A stretch of 64,000 bases of DNA from Blepharisma stoltei ATCC 30299 (taxonomy: Eukaryota > Protista > Ciliophora). Within the stretch, counting starts at the first letter, position 1. The number at the start of each line of letters is the position of its first letter. Under the pieces are notes generated by a model, which saw only the letters and a list, made by a program, of their open reading frames with translations, searched no databases and was not told the origin of the DNA. The position numbers and the translations under genes were made by a program. This document shows, piece after piece, positions 48,544-60,739 of this stretch. Where the stretch lies: the NCBI GenBank assembly GCA_965603825.1, contig CBFDEM010000047.1:1-64000 (forward strand), in the 5' to 3' direction.

Positions 48544-48850
48544 TTATTCTTCTTCTCCATCATATACTAACTCAAAACGCTTTGCTTTTCTAGGTCCCGA
48601 AGCCATTGAAGTTCTGACTGGTTTTCCTTTAAAAATTTTGCCTTGCCCTTTTTGGCTATAAAATTAAGCTTCCTCATCTGTTTGGAATTTAACAAGACAA
48701 AAGGGTTTCCCACCTCAAATTCACAAGAGGTAGAAACTAATCTTTTCAGCTCTTTTACTGTGTAGTGTACAAAGAAAAGTCGATAATTATCATCATAGCT
48801 CCTCCATAGGGCATTTTTGTCGCAAATGATCTTATCAGCTTATTTATCAT
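48544..48850 (-). pseudogene. Disrupted RRM-like gene with mitochondrial-type N-terminus
   Basis: MINKLIRSFATK..., then in other frames YTVKELKRL and GKPFCLVKFQTDEEA*...GKIFKGKPVRTSMA. Requires frameshifts and passing a TAA. Confidence 0.35.
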
Positions 48851-48869
48851 TTATATTCCATTTACAAAA

Positions 48870-49448
48870 ATGCCTACTAAGGATGCAGAAGTGGAGACAG
48901 AAGAAAAAGTGCCAATAGTTATATTCAGGTCGAAATCAGATTTTAAATTTAAAGAAAATGAGAATATTAATTGTCAAGTCCCGATTTCTGTTCACATTTC
49001 TTCTGTAAATTTAGAAAATAACACTTTTTCGACCGGAACTCAAATTCGTAATTCAGCAGTTTTTCTTGAAGGAAAACGACTGCGAAGTTTCCAATGATCA
49101 GCGAATTCAAGCCCAATTAAATCTTCAGCATTCCACACAAAACGGTCATCAAGACTAATGAGTGCTAAAAGTGAAAGCTCTCCGCAGATCACTGGGTCAG
49201 TTGTGAATTTAAATGATAGGATTATTGGAGATCAGCCTATAAAAAGGACTGTTGAAGCTTTCCAGTTCCCTGTCCATATAGGAAATGACCTTAGAAAAAG
49301 AGATGGAGAATTCAAAAAAAGTGTAAATAGAAATGCGATCAGAAACAGACAATTGGGATATTTAAGAAAAAGCCTGACAAGGGTAGGCACTGCAGAAGCT
49401 AGGAAAAGGCTTGTGATTAAACTTTATAATAACCCTGCAAATGTATAG
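48870..49448 (+). CDS. Hypothetical protein (192 aa)
   Basis: Two track ORFs in one frame via TGA 49095; TAG stop. Confidence 0.65.
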
Positions 49449-49711
49449 AATGGATTGGTATAGAAATTATAGTAAAATTTAACGAACGAAAAAGTAATAT
49501 TATTTTATTGAATTTACCTTGCTAAGGCTTGCTTTATAATAAATAAATTTTGCTTATCAATAAATTAATAAATCTTATTGCTGATTATTGCTGTTTAAAA
49601 ATGTCTTGTGATTATTTAAAAAGTAATCTAAATAGTGACGAATTTTTTAAAAAAGGCTAAAAAATGATTTTAAATTATTTATTTTTAGAAAGTGCTAAAA
49701 GGGATATGGAC

Positions 49712-50310
49712 ATTATTGGTGATTCGTATTGAAATAACTTTTAGCAAGCAGACAAGCCAGAAGATATTCAGAATTTATTTCTTCATAAAATGGTATTTAG
49801 CGATAATGCTGAAAACTTTATTTAAAGGCGATATCTAGCATTTCATCTGACGAGACTTTAAATAAATGGAAATGATGATTTTTTACTGAAAGCAAATAAA
49901 GAGCCATTAAATTGTATTTTAGCCTCTTAGAAAAGTTTAGTATGATGCAAAAAGAAGAATTTATTGAAATTTTATTTTATATGTCTGTTAAAGGGTATTT
50001 TTAGATGAGGATATTTGGAATGAAAGCATTGGAAATTTGGCTAAAAGAGTATATTTTGAAATATTCCAGATAATCTTAGAGATATTACAGTGCTTGGTGG
50101 AACTATTTTACTGTATCTAAGCTTGCCATAGAGTGGCGATTTTAATTGTTGTTCCAGAAAAATAGCATTCATTCACGAAGCTACACATGAAATGAGAAAA
50201 TATAACGAGAAATCTTATAACTCAGAAAGAAAACTCCAAAATCTAGAAAAACGCCACTTCTTAGTGGGATTTCTGGAAGCAGAGAATTTATTGCTGATCT
50301 TAGAGAAATC
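49712..50310 (+). pseudogene. Decayed 3' portion of an HExxH-family paralog
   Basis: Colinear with ~52360-52990 (CTTCATAAAATGGT, GGTGGAACTATTTTACT, ATTCACGAAGCT; HEATH at 50174) with many indels and stops. Confidence 0.85.
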
Positions 50311-50435
50311 GAGCAATTATAAGTTCTTTGGTTTTTGATGGGATTGATATTAAGTAGACTGATTTATTACTTCTTATGTCTTACTGTAATTAAAAATTAT
50401 TATCGGGGCTATCTTCTTATAATTATTATTTTAAT

Positions 50436-53225
50436 ATGTTAGGCTCGCTTGAGGCGGTAAAAGATTTTTTTCTCAAAAACCGTAAAATAGTCAGTTGATG
50501 GCACCAAAAAGCAAAGGAAGAAACTCTGAAATATGCAAAAATCTCCGAATTCAAAGAAGAAAAATACTTAGAAGAAAATATTCGATTGATGATTGAAGAT
50601 AATGATGCTGGCAGCATCTCAGAATTTTTTAGAGTAATAGACTGTTTATCTTACAATAAAAAAGATATACTAGACTTTGAGGATTTGGAGGAACTTCTAA
50701 AGTCAGGATATGAACTGTCAATTCTGTCTCTGCTAATAAAATCTCCAATCGAAAATCTCGAAGAAAGGTTTACGAATCATATTTTTAGGCTTTTAGAATC
50801 AAACGAAATTTATGACTGAATGGCAAGGTCTGATCCTAACATAAGTGAAAGCTTAAAAGTAAAAGAAAAAATCGTAAGCTTTGCAACTTATTTCTCTTTC
50901 ATTATAAAATATTCGAAAGAAAAATCAAACCTCATCAGAGAGTTAGGTGAATGAAATTTAATCAAAACGTCAGAACTTTTGATGAACTGTGCAAAAGATA
51001 CAAATGAGTGTGTAGATGAGTTTTTTTTCTTTAGTTGCGATGTTTTAAAATTATATAATATAGAGTTCAATTTTCTGCAAGAGTGAGAATTAAATATCCT
51101 GATTGACAATATTTGCTCATGGCACACATTTTCAAATGCTTTAAATTTAGCTAGCCATATCAAAATTAAACAAAGCACTATCCAAAAATTGTGCCAAATA
51201 ATCTATGACTCTTTTTATTGTTGCTGAAATGCTGTATTAGACTTTTATACATCTGGAGAAGAAGTTCTAAAAATATCACATAATTATCTGAGATCCAGAT
51301 ATATATCCTTTAAAAATGAAAGAAGCATTGATATGATGAAAAAAAATTTAGAAGCATTGCTAATTTATACTACAAATATTAATAAAGTTGCAAGTACACT
51401 TTTTGATGAGATAGAACTGGAAGAATTCATTAGTGAAGAAGGAGTTTTGGATTGCTTTATTAAGCGCGTCGACAATATAATTAATGCTCAGTTAACAATT
51501 CAATATCCCTCAATTAGCCTGCTAAACGCTTATTTCGAAACTCTCCCGAGTATAAAAGACAAGAGTTTAAAGAGGGCTATGAGTGATATACCAAGGTTAG
51601 CTTTATACTTCTACCTCAAAAAAATGCTGCAAGATACAAAAATTAGAAATATAATGAAATATTTAAAGTCATTTATTTCTCAGTTTGAAGTGACAGAGAT
51701 TTTGGAAAAAGATAAAATTTTGAAATTTTTCAAAGCCACCTTTTCATTTATGCCTGAAATTCAAAGAGATTTTAACTGTTATTTAAATGAAGATCTTATC
51801 TATAGATGGCGTCAAAAAAAGCGTTCCATTAAGCAAGAAGCTAAATCAAGTCTTTCTAATCAAAATCTACGACATCAGAAACTATTAATAGCAAATGCTA
51901 TTGGATTGGCTGAAGACATTATGGACATACAAATTAATAGCACAGTTCAATTTAATTATCTTGCTGTCAACGAATTTGAAGAATTTATAGATACATATAT
52001 TTCTATAATAAGGGATAAAGATGTCAAAAAGTTGTTTTTATTTTATAAAGAAATCAGTACATACCTCGAAGATTTTAACTTCAACAAAATTAGTTATGAG
52101 GACAGCAAAAGCAGAGTAACAATAGCTAAATATTTTATATGCCTAATCAAAAACGCTTTGACTGAGGTTTTTAAAGAGTATGCAAATAAATTAAAAGAAA
52201 AGCTGCAAGACTCAGAAGATAAAGTAATAGATTCCATTGAATCTGAAACTTTAGAAACAAAAAATTCTTTGGTTATTAGAGATATTTCCTTCGAAGAAGA
52301 AAGCAGCGAAGAGGAAAATTTTATCTGGATGATTAAAAGAGCTTTGGTAGGGGATCAGCAAATTATTGGTGATCCGTTTTGGAACAGTTTTTTAATAAGC
52401 AGAGAAGATCAAAAAGACAAGCTAGAAGAATTTAGGAGTTCATTCCTTCATAAAATGGTGTTTAGCGATGGTGATGAAAACTTTATTTTAAGGCAATATC
52501 TTGCATCTCATCTGACAAGACTTTTTAACGGAACTTTAAATAAAGGAAATACAGAATTTTTTACTGAAGCGATGCAAGTAACTATTAAATTGTTTTTTAA
52601 CCGCTCAGAAACATTGGATAAAACTCAAAAAGAAGAACTCCGAAAAATTATAATTTCTCCGCCAGTTTATGGAGCTTTTAAGTATGAGAAAATTTGGAAT
52701 GAAAATATTAGTGATTTAGTAGAAAGAGCATATTTTGCAGATATTCCAAGGAATTTTAGCGGCATTACAGTGTTTGGTGGAACTATTTTACTACAGCAAA
52801 GTCTGTCAGAGATAGATGATTTTAAGTCTTGTGCTAGAAAAATAACGTTTATTCACGAAGCTGCACATGCAATGAGAAAATATAACGAGGGATCTTATAA
52901 TCCAGAAAAGAAAACTCCAAAATCAGCAGCAAAAGACCTTGTTAGTGGAATGCCTGGAAACACATATTTTCAAGATGATTTTAAAGAACATGAAAAAAAT
53001 GAAGGTGGGAAAATAATTGAGAATGCTATTTTTGGTGCCTATTTTACGAAAATAAATAAATTGCAAATTGACTATATAAATGATTTGGAAAATTGAGAAC
53101 AGGATTCAGAAAGTTTTAAATCCTGTATTGGAGCAAAAGGAAGGGAAAACTCAAAATCTTATGAATTAGCTCGTGGAAATCATTACTTTTCAGGAATGAG
53201 AAATGATAACTGTGGGAATTATTAA
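50436..53225 (+). CDS. Large helical protein with C-terminal zincin-like HExxH domain (929 aa)
   Basis: Single frame from ATG 50436 through six TGA(Trp) codons to TAA 53223. KITFIHEAAHAMR (52854-52868) followed by EGGKIIENAIFG. Confidence 0.8.
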
Positions 53226-53775
53226 ACAATTAATTGCATTCTTAGAAATTATTAAAAAATAAAAATTCTTAATTTTAGGATTAAACTTTTTATATGCTAA
53301 AATTAGTAATATCCTATTTCGCATTTCCTTAATTTTTTAAATTTAATAAGCTACTTATTTTCAAGCTTAAAGTATCTGTATTTCATAAATCCTATTAGCC
53401 TTATTTAATTGCAAAATTCCAAATGCGATTACATGAAATTTAATCATTTTTTTCAAAATATTATAAAAATTAAGCTTTCTAATAATATCAAAGCCAAGAT
53501 TTAACTAATTAATAATATTTTCCTTTCAGTTGAAGATTGTCTGTTGTATAATTCAGGAATAATCATTTGCTCGCGGAGTGGGGTCTAAGATATGCTAAAT
53601 TTATTATTATATATTGCAGAGCAAAGCATTTAAAGTAAATCAATACTCAATGAATTAATCCCAAGTTTATTAATTTAATGTATTTATTTTTATAATTCTG
53701 CAGAAATTTTCTTTAAAATCAGGCCATAATAGAGTTTCCTATAGAAGTATCTTTTATCAAATGAAGGTAGACATC

Positions 53776-54752
53776 TTTTCAGAATAGGCACAGTTTATAG
53801 TAAGTATAAAATTTAACGGCTCTTTTTCTGCCTAATTTAATTTATTTTTCCCCACAAAAGCCTAAATGGAATATCGGTAATCAAAAATTATTTTCTATTC
53901 TTTTTACTCAGAAAATGGAGTAATTATAAATTTTACGATTTTTGATGGGATAACAGTTAAGCAGACTGATTTATTACTTCTTATGTCTTACTGTAATTAG
54001 CAATTATTATCGGGGCTAATATTTTAGATCTTTTTATAATATTATTTTTATATGCTAAATTCAGGCTTAGAGGCGGTAAACGATTTTTTCTCAAAAACTG
54101 TAAAATAGTCAGTGGATGGCACGAAGTAATAAAGGAGGAAACTCTGAAATATGCAAAGATACCAAAGTTCAGCACAGAAAAATACTCAGTGGAATGCCTG
54201 GAAACAAAGAATTTCTTGCTAAATTTAAAGAAAATTAAAAAAATGAAGGTGGGAAAATAATTGAGAATACGATTTTTGGTGCCTATTTTACGAAAATAAA
54301 TAAATCGCAAATTGACTATATCAATAATTTGAAAAATTGACTAAAGAATAGACAAAGTTTTAAATCCTCTAGCCTGGAAAATTCAAAAACTTATGAATTA
54401 GCTCTTGGAAGTCATTACTTTTCTGGAATTAGAAGCAGTTAATTGAATTTTGGTAAAAAATGAAATTATTAAAAAATAAAAAATCTTAATTTTAGCATCT
54501 AGATATCTTTTCAGAATTGGTCAAGTTTATCGCGAGCATAAAATTTAATGGCTCTTTTTCTGCTTAATTTAGTTTCTCCTTTCCTATAAAAGCCTAAATA
54601 GGAATATTGCAAATCAAAATTTATTTTCTGTTCCTTTTCTCCCTTTTTATATGGAAATGGAGCAATTACAAGTTCTTCGATTTTTGATGAGATAGTTATT
54701 AGAATGATTTATTACTTCTTATGTCTTACTGTAAGTTAAAAATTATTATCGG
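53776..54752 (+). repeat. Duplicated upstream block of the HExxH gene family
   Basis: 53776-53998 matches 54504-54735. GATTTATTACTTCTTATGTCTTACTGTAA occurs at ~50361, ~53969 and ~54706. Confidence 0.85.
54052..54496 (+). pseudogene. Internally deleted copy of the HExxH gene (5' end fused to 3' end)
   Basis: 54052-54189 matches 50436-50571, then 54190-54496 matches 52946-53280; frameshifted. Confidence 0.85.
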
Positions 54753-56132
54753 CACTAATTATATAATCAAACATGATATTTCCTATCAGCAAAAGTTAGT
54801 AAAAAAATACTTTAAAGTATTTGATTTAGCCTTTTAAAATAAAATTAATAAATAATCCTTCTCAGAAGATGAGCCTAAGAAAGCAGCTTAAGAATTTGAT
54901 TAATATATAAAGAATAAAAACTCTTACACCTGCAACAATTTTCAGATAGTAAAATAAACAATTTAAAAAATGTGGAAAATCGCCCCAAAAATCACTGATT
55001 CCCCTTAATGAAATTCTTAAATTACTTTTATTTAATTTTTATTTTCTTTCTTTTTACTTCAATACTGAAAAGCTGCATTCTTAATTATCAAAAAATTTGT
55101 AGTCAGCTGGTCAGTATATAGGTCACTTCCTTCTTTATTTTTTGCTCTATTTATTATCTAGAATTTAAAAATTGATTGAAAAAATAATTAAAATTCAGCC
55201 TCCTTTGCGAGCATTTACTCAGAAAGCATAAGCTAGACCCTTATTTTTGCTTTAAATAGAAGAAATTTCGATTAGAAATAAAAGAATAATAAAAATAATA
55301 AGCCAGCCAAATGCAGCACAATACGAATTATCTGTGGCTGGATATATAATTTTGTAAGCGTTTAAGCTTGTAGCTTTTTACTTGTAAAATCATCCATATT
55401 TATCACAGAATTAACACCGCACATTATGCTGGGCAAGCAATCTATTAGGTCATAATATAATAAAGCTCTATTCGTCTCTTCTAATTGGATACCTTTTGAA
55501 TAATTTCCAAAAAGAACCTTCCATATTTCAAAGAAGTGAATCACTAGAATTCCTTTCTTTTCAAGTCCAATATAAAAATTAGGCTTCTCGCTTGAATTAT
55601 ATTGCAAATTACTATTCGTCTACATTATCTATTTCTTTATTTTTAAATTCTTCAATTTCCTATGGTTATTTTTCGAAAATTCTTTTATCAATACTTGATT
55701 ATAGAATTCCCTGATCTTTCAGTTAGCAGAAAATAATAAATATCCATTAGAATCATCTATAAAATGATAAATAAAAAAATATATCAAAATACTCAATGAA
55801 AATTCCATTTCCCTCCATAAAGCAAAACACATTGTAACATTTTAGATAAATCAATGGTGAAAATGGTGCTAATATTTTGTTGACCTTTACGAAATTTTGG
55901 TCCTTTTTAAGTTATAAGTCTAAAAACTTATTCGCATCCTAGCTGAAACTCAGCATTAAGATTTAAATTGTGACAAGCTAATTAAATATCAATTTATTTT
56001 AGAAATTCTTAATTTATAAAATAGCAGGCTATGGTATTATAAAATAACTTTCATAAAAGCTTGAAGAAGCATAATTTCAGGATTACAGATGCATTACTAA
56101 GCTTATTTTAAATATTTTAAAAAGTTGTGGCT

Positions 56133-56402
56133 TTAAGTTGAATCAATTTTTGTTGCTGGTGAATTTTCTTCTGTGAAGCCTTTTGTTTGTACCTCGTATG
56201 ATGTTTCTTCAGTTCTGCTAGTTGACCTTTGCCTTCTCAGGTACAGTAAGTTCTTGCCTAGCTCTAATTGAGGCGCCTTTTCTGCCTTCCTTTTGAGTAA
56301 CTTTCTCTTGAGCTTCTTAATTTTGAGGGAGTCAACTGAGATAACTTGTTCACTTTTATAGGACTTGAGGTTTGGTGGCTTCTTAGAAACACAAAGTCCC
56401 AT
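56133..56402 (-). CDS. Small basic protein with N-acylation motif (89 aa)
   Basis: MGLCVSKK myristoylation/palmitoylation-type start; coding-like GC inside AT-rich flanks. Confidence 0.65.
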   Translation of the reverse strand: MGLCVSKKPPNLKSYKSEQVISVDSLKIKKLKRKLLKRKAEKAPQLELGKNLLYLRRQRSTSRTEETSYEVQTKGFTEENSPATKIDST

Positions 56403-57270
56403 ATTTTATATAACTACACCAATATGAGACATATATAGTTATCCATTATTAACTGACTTAAAAAATCTTCAAAATTATAGTCTTCTATTATGTCGCATAT
56501 GACCGTGACGGTCTTCCATCGGACCATTATCAGCATTTGAGAGTCATTAATAATGATTTGGCGCTTGTTTTTGAATTTGGAGGACTTTATCGATTCTTAA
56601 AAATAATGAAAATGAGCTTGTGATAGTGGTGCCTCTTGGTATTTAGAAGCTTTTGTGTGTGTTTTAATCTCCTTCTTGTCTATAAATTTTGAATTGCTTA
56701 TAAGATCTGACGAAAAGTTGCAACTCTTTTGAAAAATAATTATGGATTTAATAAGTTTTACAAAAATATGCATCTTACTGCATTTTTATTTAATCAACTG
56801 GTGGAGAAGAGCGTTAAATTTAATTTTCTAGTGAACTTGTCACTTTATTAAGAAATTATCGAGATAATTACTTTTAGCCTTAAATAGCAATAAAGTTATT
56901 TTTTTTTATCATAGAAAACTTAAGAGTCAGTAATTAATTAAATCACACAGTTTAAAATTTACCACTAATTACGAAGCAATATTCTAAATATAAATAATAT
57001 ACACTTATAGAAACACTCATGGTGATTTCCTTCAAGAATAAAAGACTCAGCCCAAAAATTTCCGATTTTCATTTTTAATTCTATTGTGTTGCTCTTTGCT
57101 CCTATTTATTTTTTTTACATTAATAGTTGCAATGATAATTTCAAAAAAGTGAATTTTCATTTATTTTCTTCTGTGTTTATCTAGGATTTTCCCATGAATT
57201 TACATTTCTTTACCTCAAAAAACATTTCCATTTTTTTAATCTTATTAAATTATCAATAAAATATAATTTT

Positions 57271-58317
57271 CTAATTTAATTTATTCATAAACATAACTTG
57301 GCTGTTTTCTGAAATCCTTTTTGTATATTTTAGAAGCGCCTTTGGCAGTGGCATCGTCAGAACGTCGTGAAGATAAATTCCTATTTCTTCTTCAGTTCAT
57401 TTGTCTTTAATAGAAAAGAGTAAATTTAGCCTGTCTTGAAAATTATATGACAATTTTGCAGCAGGTAGGTACCTTATGGTAAGTTTTGAGTTTGACACCC
57501 TATTTATTGCGATGCCTTGCAAAATTTGAGATAATGGAAAATTTGTTATCATTCTTCTGGGTATAAGGATTTCTAATAATTTAGAATAGGCTTCTCCAAA
57601 TTCATTAGCATAATATTCAGGGTTTTGAAGAAATAAATCCATTACACCTACCTGATACACTTTTAAAAAATCAGGCTCCCAGTATGTGCTAACATTTCCT
57701 ATTGTTGATAGCAAAGCCTCAACAATTTGATGAGGAATTCCTCGAAATTCATTCGCTGTAGCCACATCCATGACTGAAACAGTTTCCCAGTCATATTTCA
57801 TAACCAAATAAAGCACATTTTTTAAAGCTTCTACCCTAAATTCCTCATCAAAAATCCTCTGGCACCCTTCTCATTCAAAGCTTGATATTTTTTCTAAATA
57901 ATCCTTTATTTCTTTTGGGCTCGCTTGGGCTTTTTCCACAATTTCTTCAAAGCTATAAACATTAGTTTTTTCTAATTTTTGATTACTTTGATCATTAAAT
58001 GTATAAGGAGATTCTTCAAGCAATGTCAAAACTTGATGCAATGGCGGTATTATTTTTTCACAAGTAAGAATAGAGTGTGCTTCTTTTTCTATTGTGCCAT
58101 TGTTAACCAGCATTAATGCATTCGATGTTTCGCTTGATCTCAAAATATATGAAGATGATGATCCACATATAATGGCTTCATCAGACAGCTGCCCTTTAAT
58201 TGACAAAATTTTCCCAGACTCGATTTCTTGTAAAAGATCTTCAGGAAGGTCAAGAATCATCAGATCATCGTTGTTTTTGGATAATTGGGTAGAGTAATGA
58301 ATATCAATTCCCTCCAT
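57271..58317 (-). CDS. DCC1: Sister chromatid cohesion protein DCC1 (348 aa)
   Basis: IKGQLSDEAIIC...YILRSSETSNALML; RLNLLFSIKDKW(TGA 57397)TEEEI; one frame to TAG 57271. Confidence 0.9.
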
Positions 58318-58404
58318 TTTATGATAAAGAGGTAGTTTTTCCAGGTGATTTTTTAATAGTAAGATGAAGCCAAATTATTTTTTAATTATTTTACTATAAT
58401 ACCA

Positions 58405-59484
58405 ATGAACATGGAAAATCTTTCTTATGTTAAGCCGAAATCTCTAGTCTGTTACCTCTGTGGCCGAGAATTCGGCACAGCTTCTCTTGGAATTCATCAA
58501 AAAACTTGTATGAAGCTCTGAGAAGAGAGAGAAAAACTGAAACCTCCCAAAGAAAGACGTCCATTACCAGAGCCTCCAGCCTCAATTCCTTTAGGAAGTA
58601 CGCCTAAAGACTTAGCAATTCATAATGAAATCGCTTATGAGTCTTTTAAAAGCAAAGCAATGATACAGTGTCCTTACTGTGAAAGAAAATTTCTAGAAGA
58701 AAGATTTCAAGTACATCAAAAAAGCTGCACAGCAGAAAACCCATGTAAGCCCTCAAGAAATTCAATGCTTTTTAAAAAACTTACTCTTTCAGAAGGAATA
58801 GACGATTATGTGTTTTTTGAAAGAAGATCGTTAACACCTGCAGCTTTAACGAGTCCTTTTTTAGAGCCTGTATCTCCTTTTACTCCGCAAGCAGCTCCAA
58901 AACCAAGTTTTGGAATCGAGCTAAAAGAAGATTTTGACCGGGATTTAGAAAATTTATGTAGAGATCTAGATCCTATCAAAGAAGAAAAAATAGATGAGAA
59001 AAATATAGAAAAACAGTGGGAAAATCCTATAGAAAAAGATGGAAAATTTGTAGGATCTCCAAGGGGAGCTCTTAATAATGAAATCAGGGTTCTTCAGTCA
59101 GCTAGAAGCACTCCAATGCTATCTAAAAAGAAAAATCTCAATATTATCCTTGTTGAATGCCCAATCTGCAACAGAAAATTCGACCCCAGAATGATAGATA
59201 AGCACATCGGCAAATGCAAAATTTTAGAAGAAAGAAACCAATCCCCTATAAAAGCAGCTCCTGAAGTAAAAAAACCTGAAAATGTGATTAAAAAAACTAC
59301 AAATGTTTCGTCTAGGTATATGAATACTAATTCTAGACATGAAAGCAATCAAAAGCAAAGGAATTATAATGAAATTCAGCCTCCTGCTGCAAAAAAAGAA
59401 AAAATATTTTGCCACATTTGTGGAGAAAAATACCTTCCTAATGCAAATTATTGTGCTTATTGTGGAATCAAAAAAGTTGATTAA
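58405..59484 (+). CDS. C2HC zinc finger protein, ZNF474/ZC2HC1-like (359 aa)
   Basis: KPKSLVCYLCGREFGTASLGIHQKTCMKLW(TGA 58519); CPYCERKF...HQKSC; CPICNRKF; C-terminal FCHICG...YCAYCG. Confidence 0.88.
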
Positions 59485-59738
59485 TCATTATAAATGATAT
59501 ACCAGTAAGCTAAAATAGTTTAAGCCCTTCAAATAAGATGAATAATAGATTAATTATGTATCAAATTTATTTAAGGTTATAAATACTAACAAATAAACTG
59601 AGCTGATATGAAAAAAATCATTATAGCTTGATCTCTCAGAAATAATTTACTTATTAACATATTTAAAAAATTAAAAGCCCCACTTTTTCCCACTTTCCTA
59701 AATAAGGAAATCTTTTGTATTCATAATTTGAAATTAAA

Positions 59739-60695
59739 ATGTCTAACAGCACAACAAGTTCTTCAGACTCCGAGATTGACGATTGCGTGACCCCTCTTCC
59801 AAAACCTTGTGCATCTACACGGAAAAGGCCCCGATCTTCCCTCGATTTTTTCGATTTATTAATATGTCCGATTTGCTTTGACTATTTCAAGCCTCCTGTA
59901 GTAAATTGCATAAAAGGTCACTCCTTTTGTTTAGCTTGTGTGGATAGAATAGAACGACTTGCGAATGATTCAAAATGTCCTCTGTGCCGAGGAGCTATAA
60001 GCAAAACTTCAAGAAATCGGATACTTGAAGATGAATTAGAAAAAGTCACAGTTGGGTGTATTTGGCATAGCCAAGGATGCAAAAAAAGAATCTCACTCAG
60101 TGCAAGGCAAAGTCATGAGGCAGAATGTGAATATTGCCCTGAAAGCGTTATTTGCTATTTTTCTGAAGATTCAGGTCCTCAGGTCTGCAAATGGAAAGGA
60201 AACCCTTTGCTTCTTCCAAATCACTTGAATTCTTCACACGGACTTGAGCCGATCGAAAGAGCCAAGCTTGTGAAATTCTTATGAAATCCTCCAAGGCCTG
60301 ACATTAATCGATCAAGACATAGAATATTACGAATTACTTATCCTTCTTCTGGAAATGAAAAAACGAATTTCATATTGGAGCACGTTTACCTTTCTGAGCA
60401 CAAAATTCTATTATTCTTAATTAGAACTCTAAACTCAGATGTAAAATTACCTTACAAAATCTGCTTATTAAATCGAAATGATGAAAATAATAAACTGACA
60501 TTTGAAGCAAAAACCGTTGATTTTAGCGAATGTGGGTTTCTAAACCAATACCCAGAAATCGATAAAAAGCAGTGTTTTATTGTAAATTATGACACACTAA
60601 TAGACTACTGTTTCACAAACCAAGATGACGGTCTAACTTATTTTTCATTCCACATTGACTTTATAGGAGCAGGAATAGAAGGAGTTGACTATTAA
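59739..60695 (+). CDS. SINA/Siah-type RING E3 ubiquitin ligase (318 aa)
   Basis: LICPICFDYFKPPVVNCIKGHSFC...CPLCR, RNRILE, GC...HEAECEYCP, CKWKG...HL...H; reads through TGA 60282. Confidence 0.88.
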
Positions 60696-60739
60696 TGAAA
60701 ATTACACTTATAATATACCTAAATATTTAATCTAGTTAA

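Noticed and set aside
49712-54752. Calling the HExxH array a transposon
   Set aside because: No transposase or RT motifs, terminal inverted repeats or target-site duplications seen; tandem duplication is sufficient.
55362-55607. 81-aa minus-strand ORF
   Set aside because: TTG start, no motif; at most a gene remnant and not supportable.
56501-56513. GACCG-TGA-CGGTC hairpin as part of a tRNA or ncRNA
   Set aside because: No cloverleaf or A/B boxes; a 5-bp stem is expected by chance.
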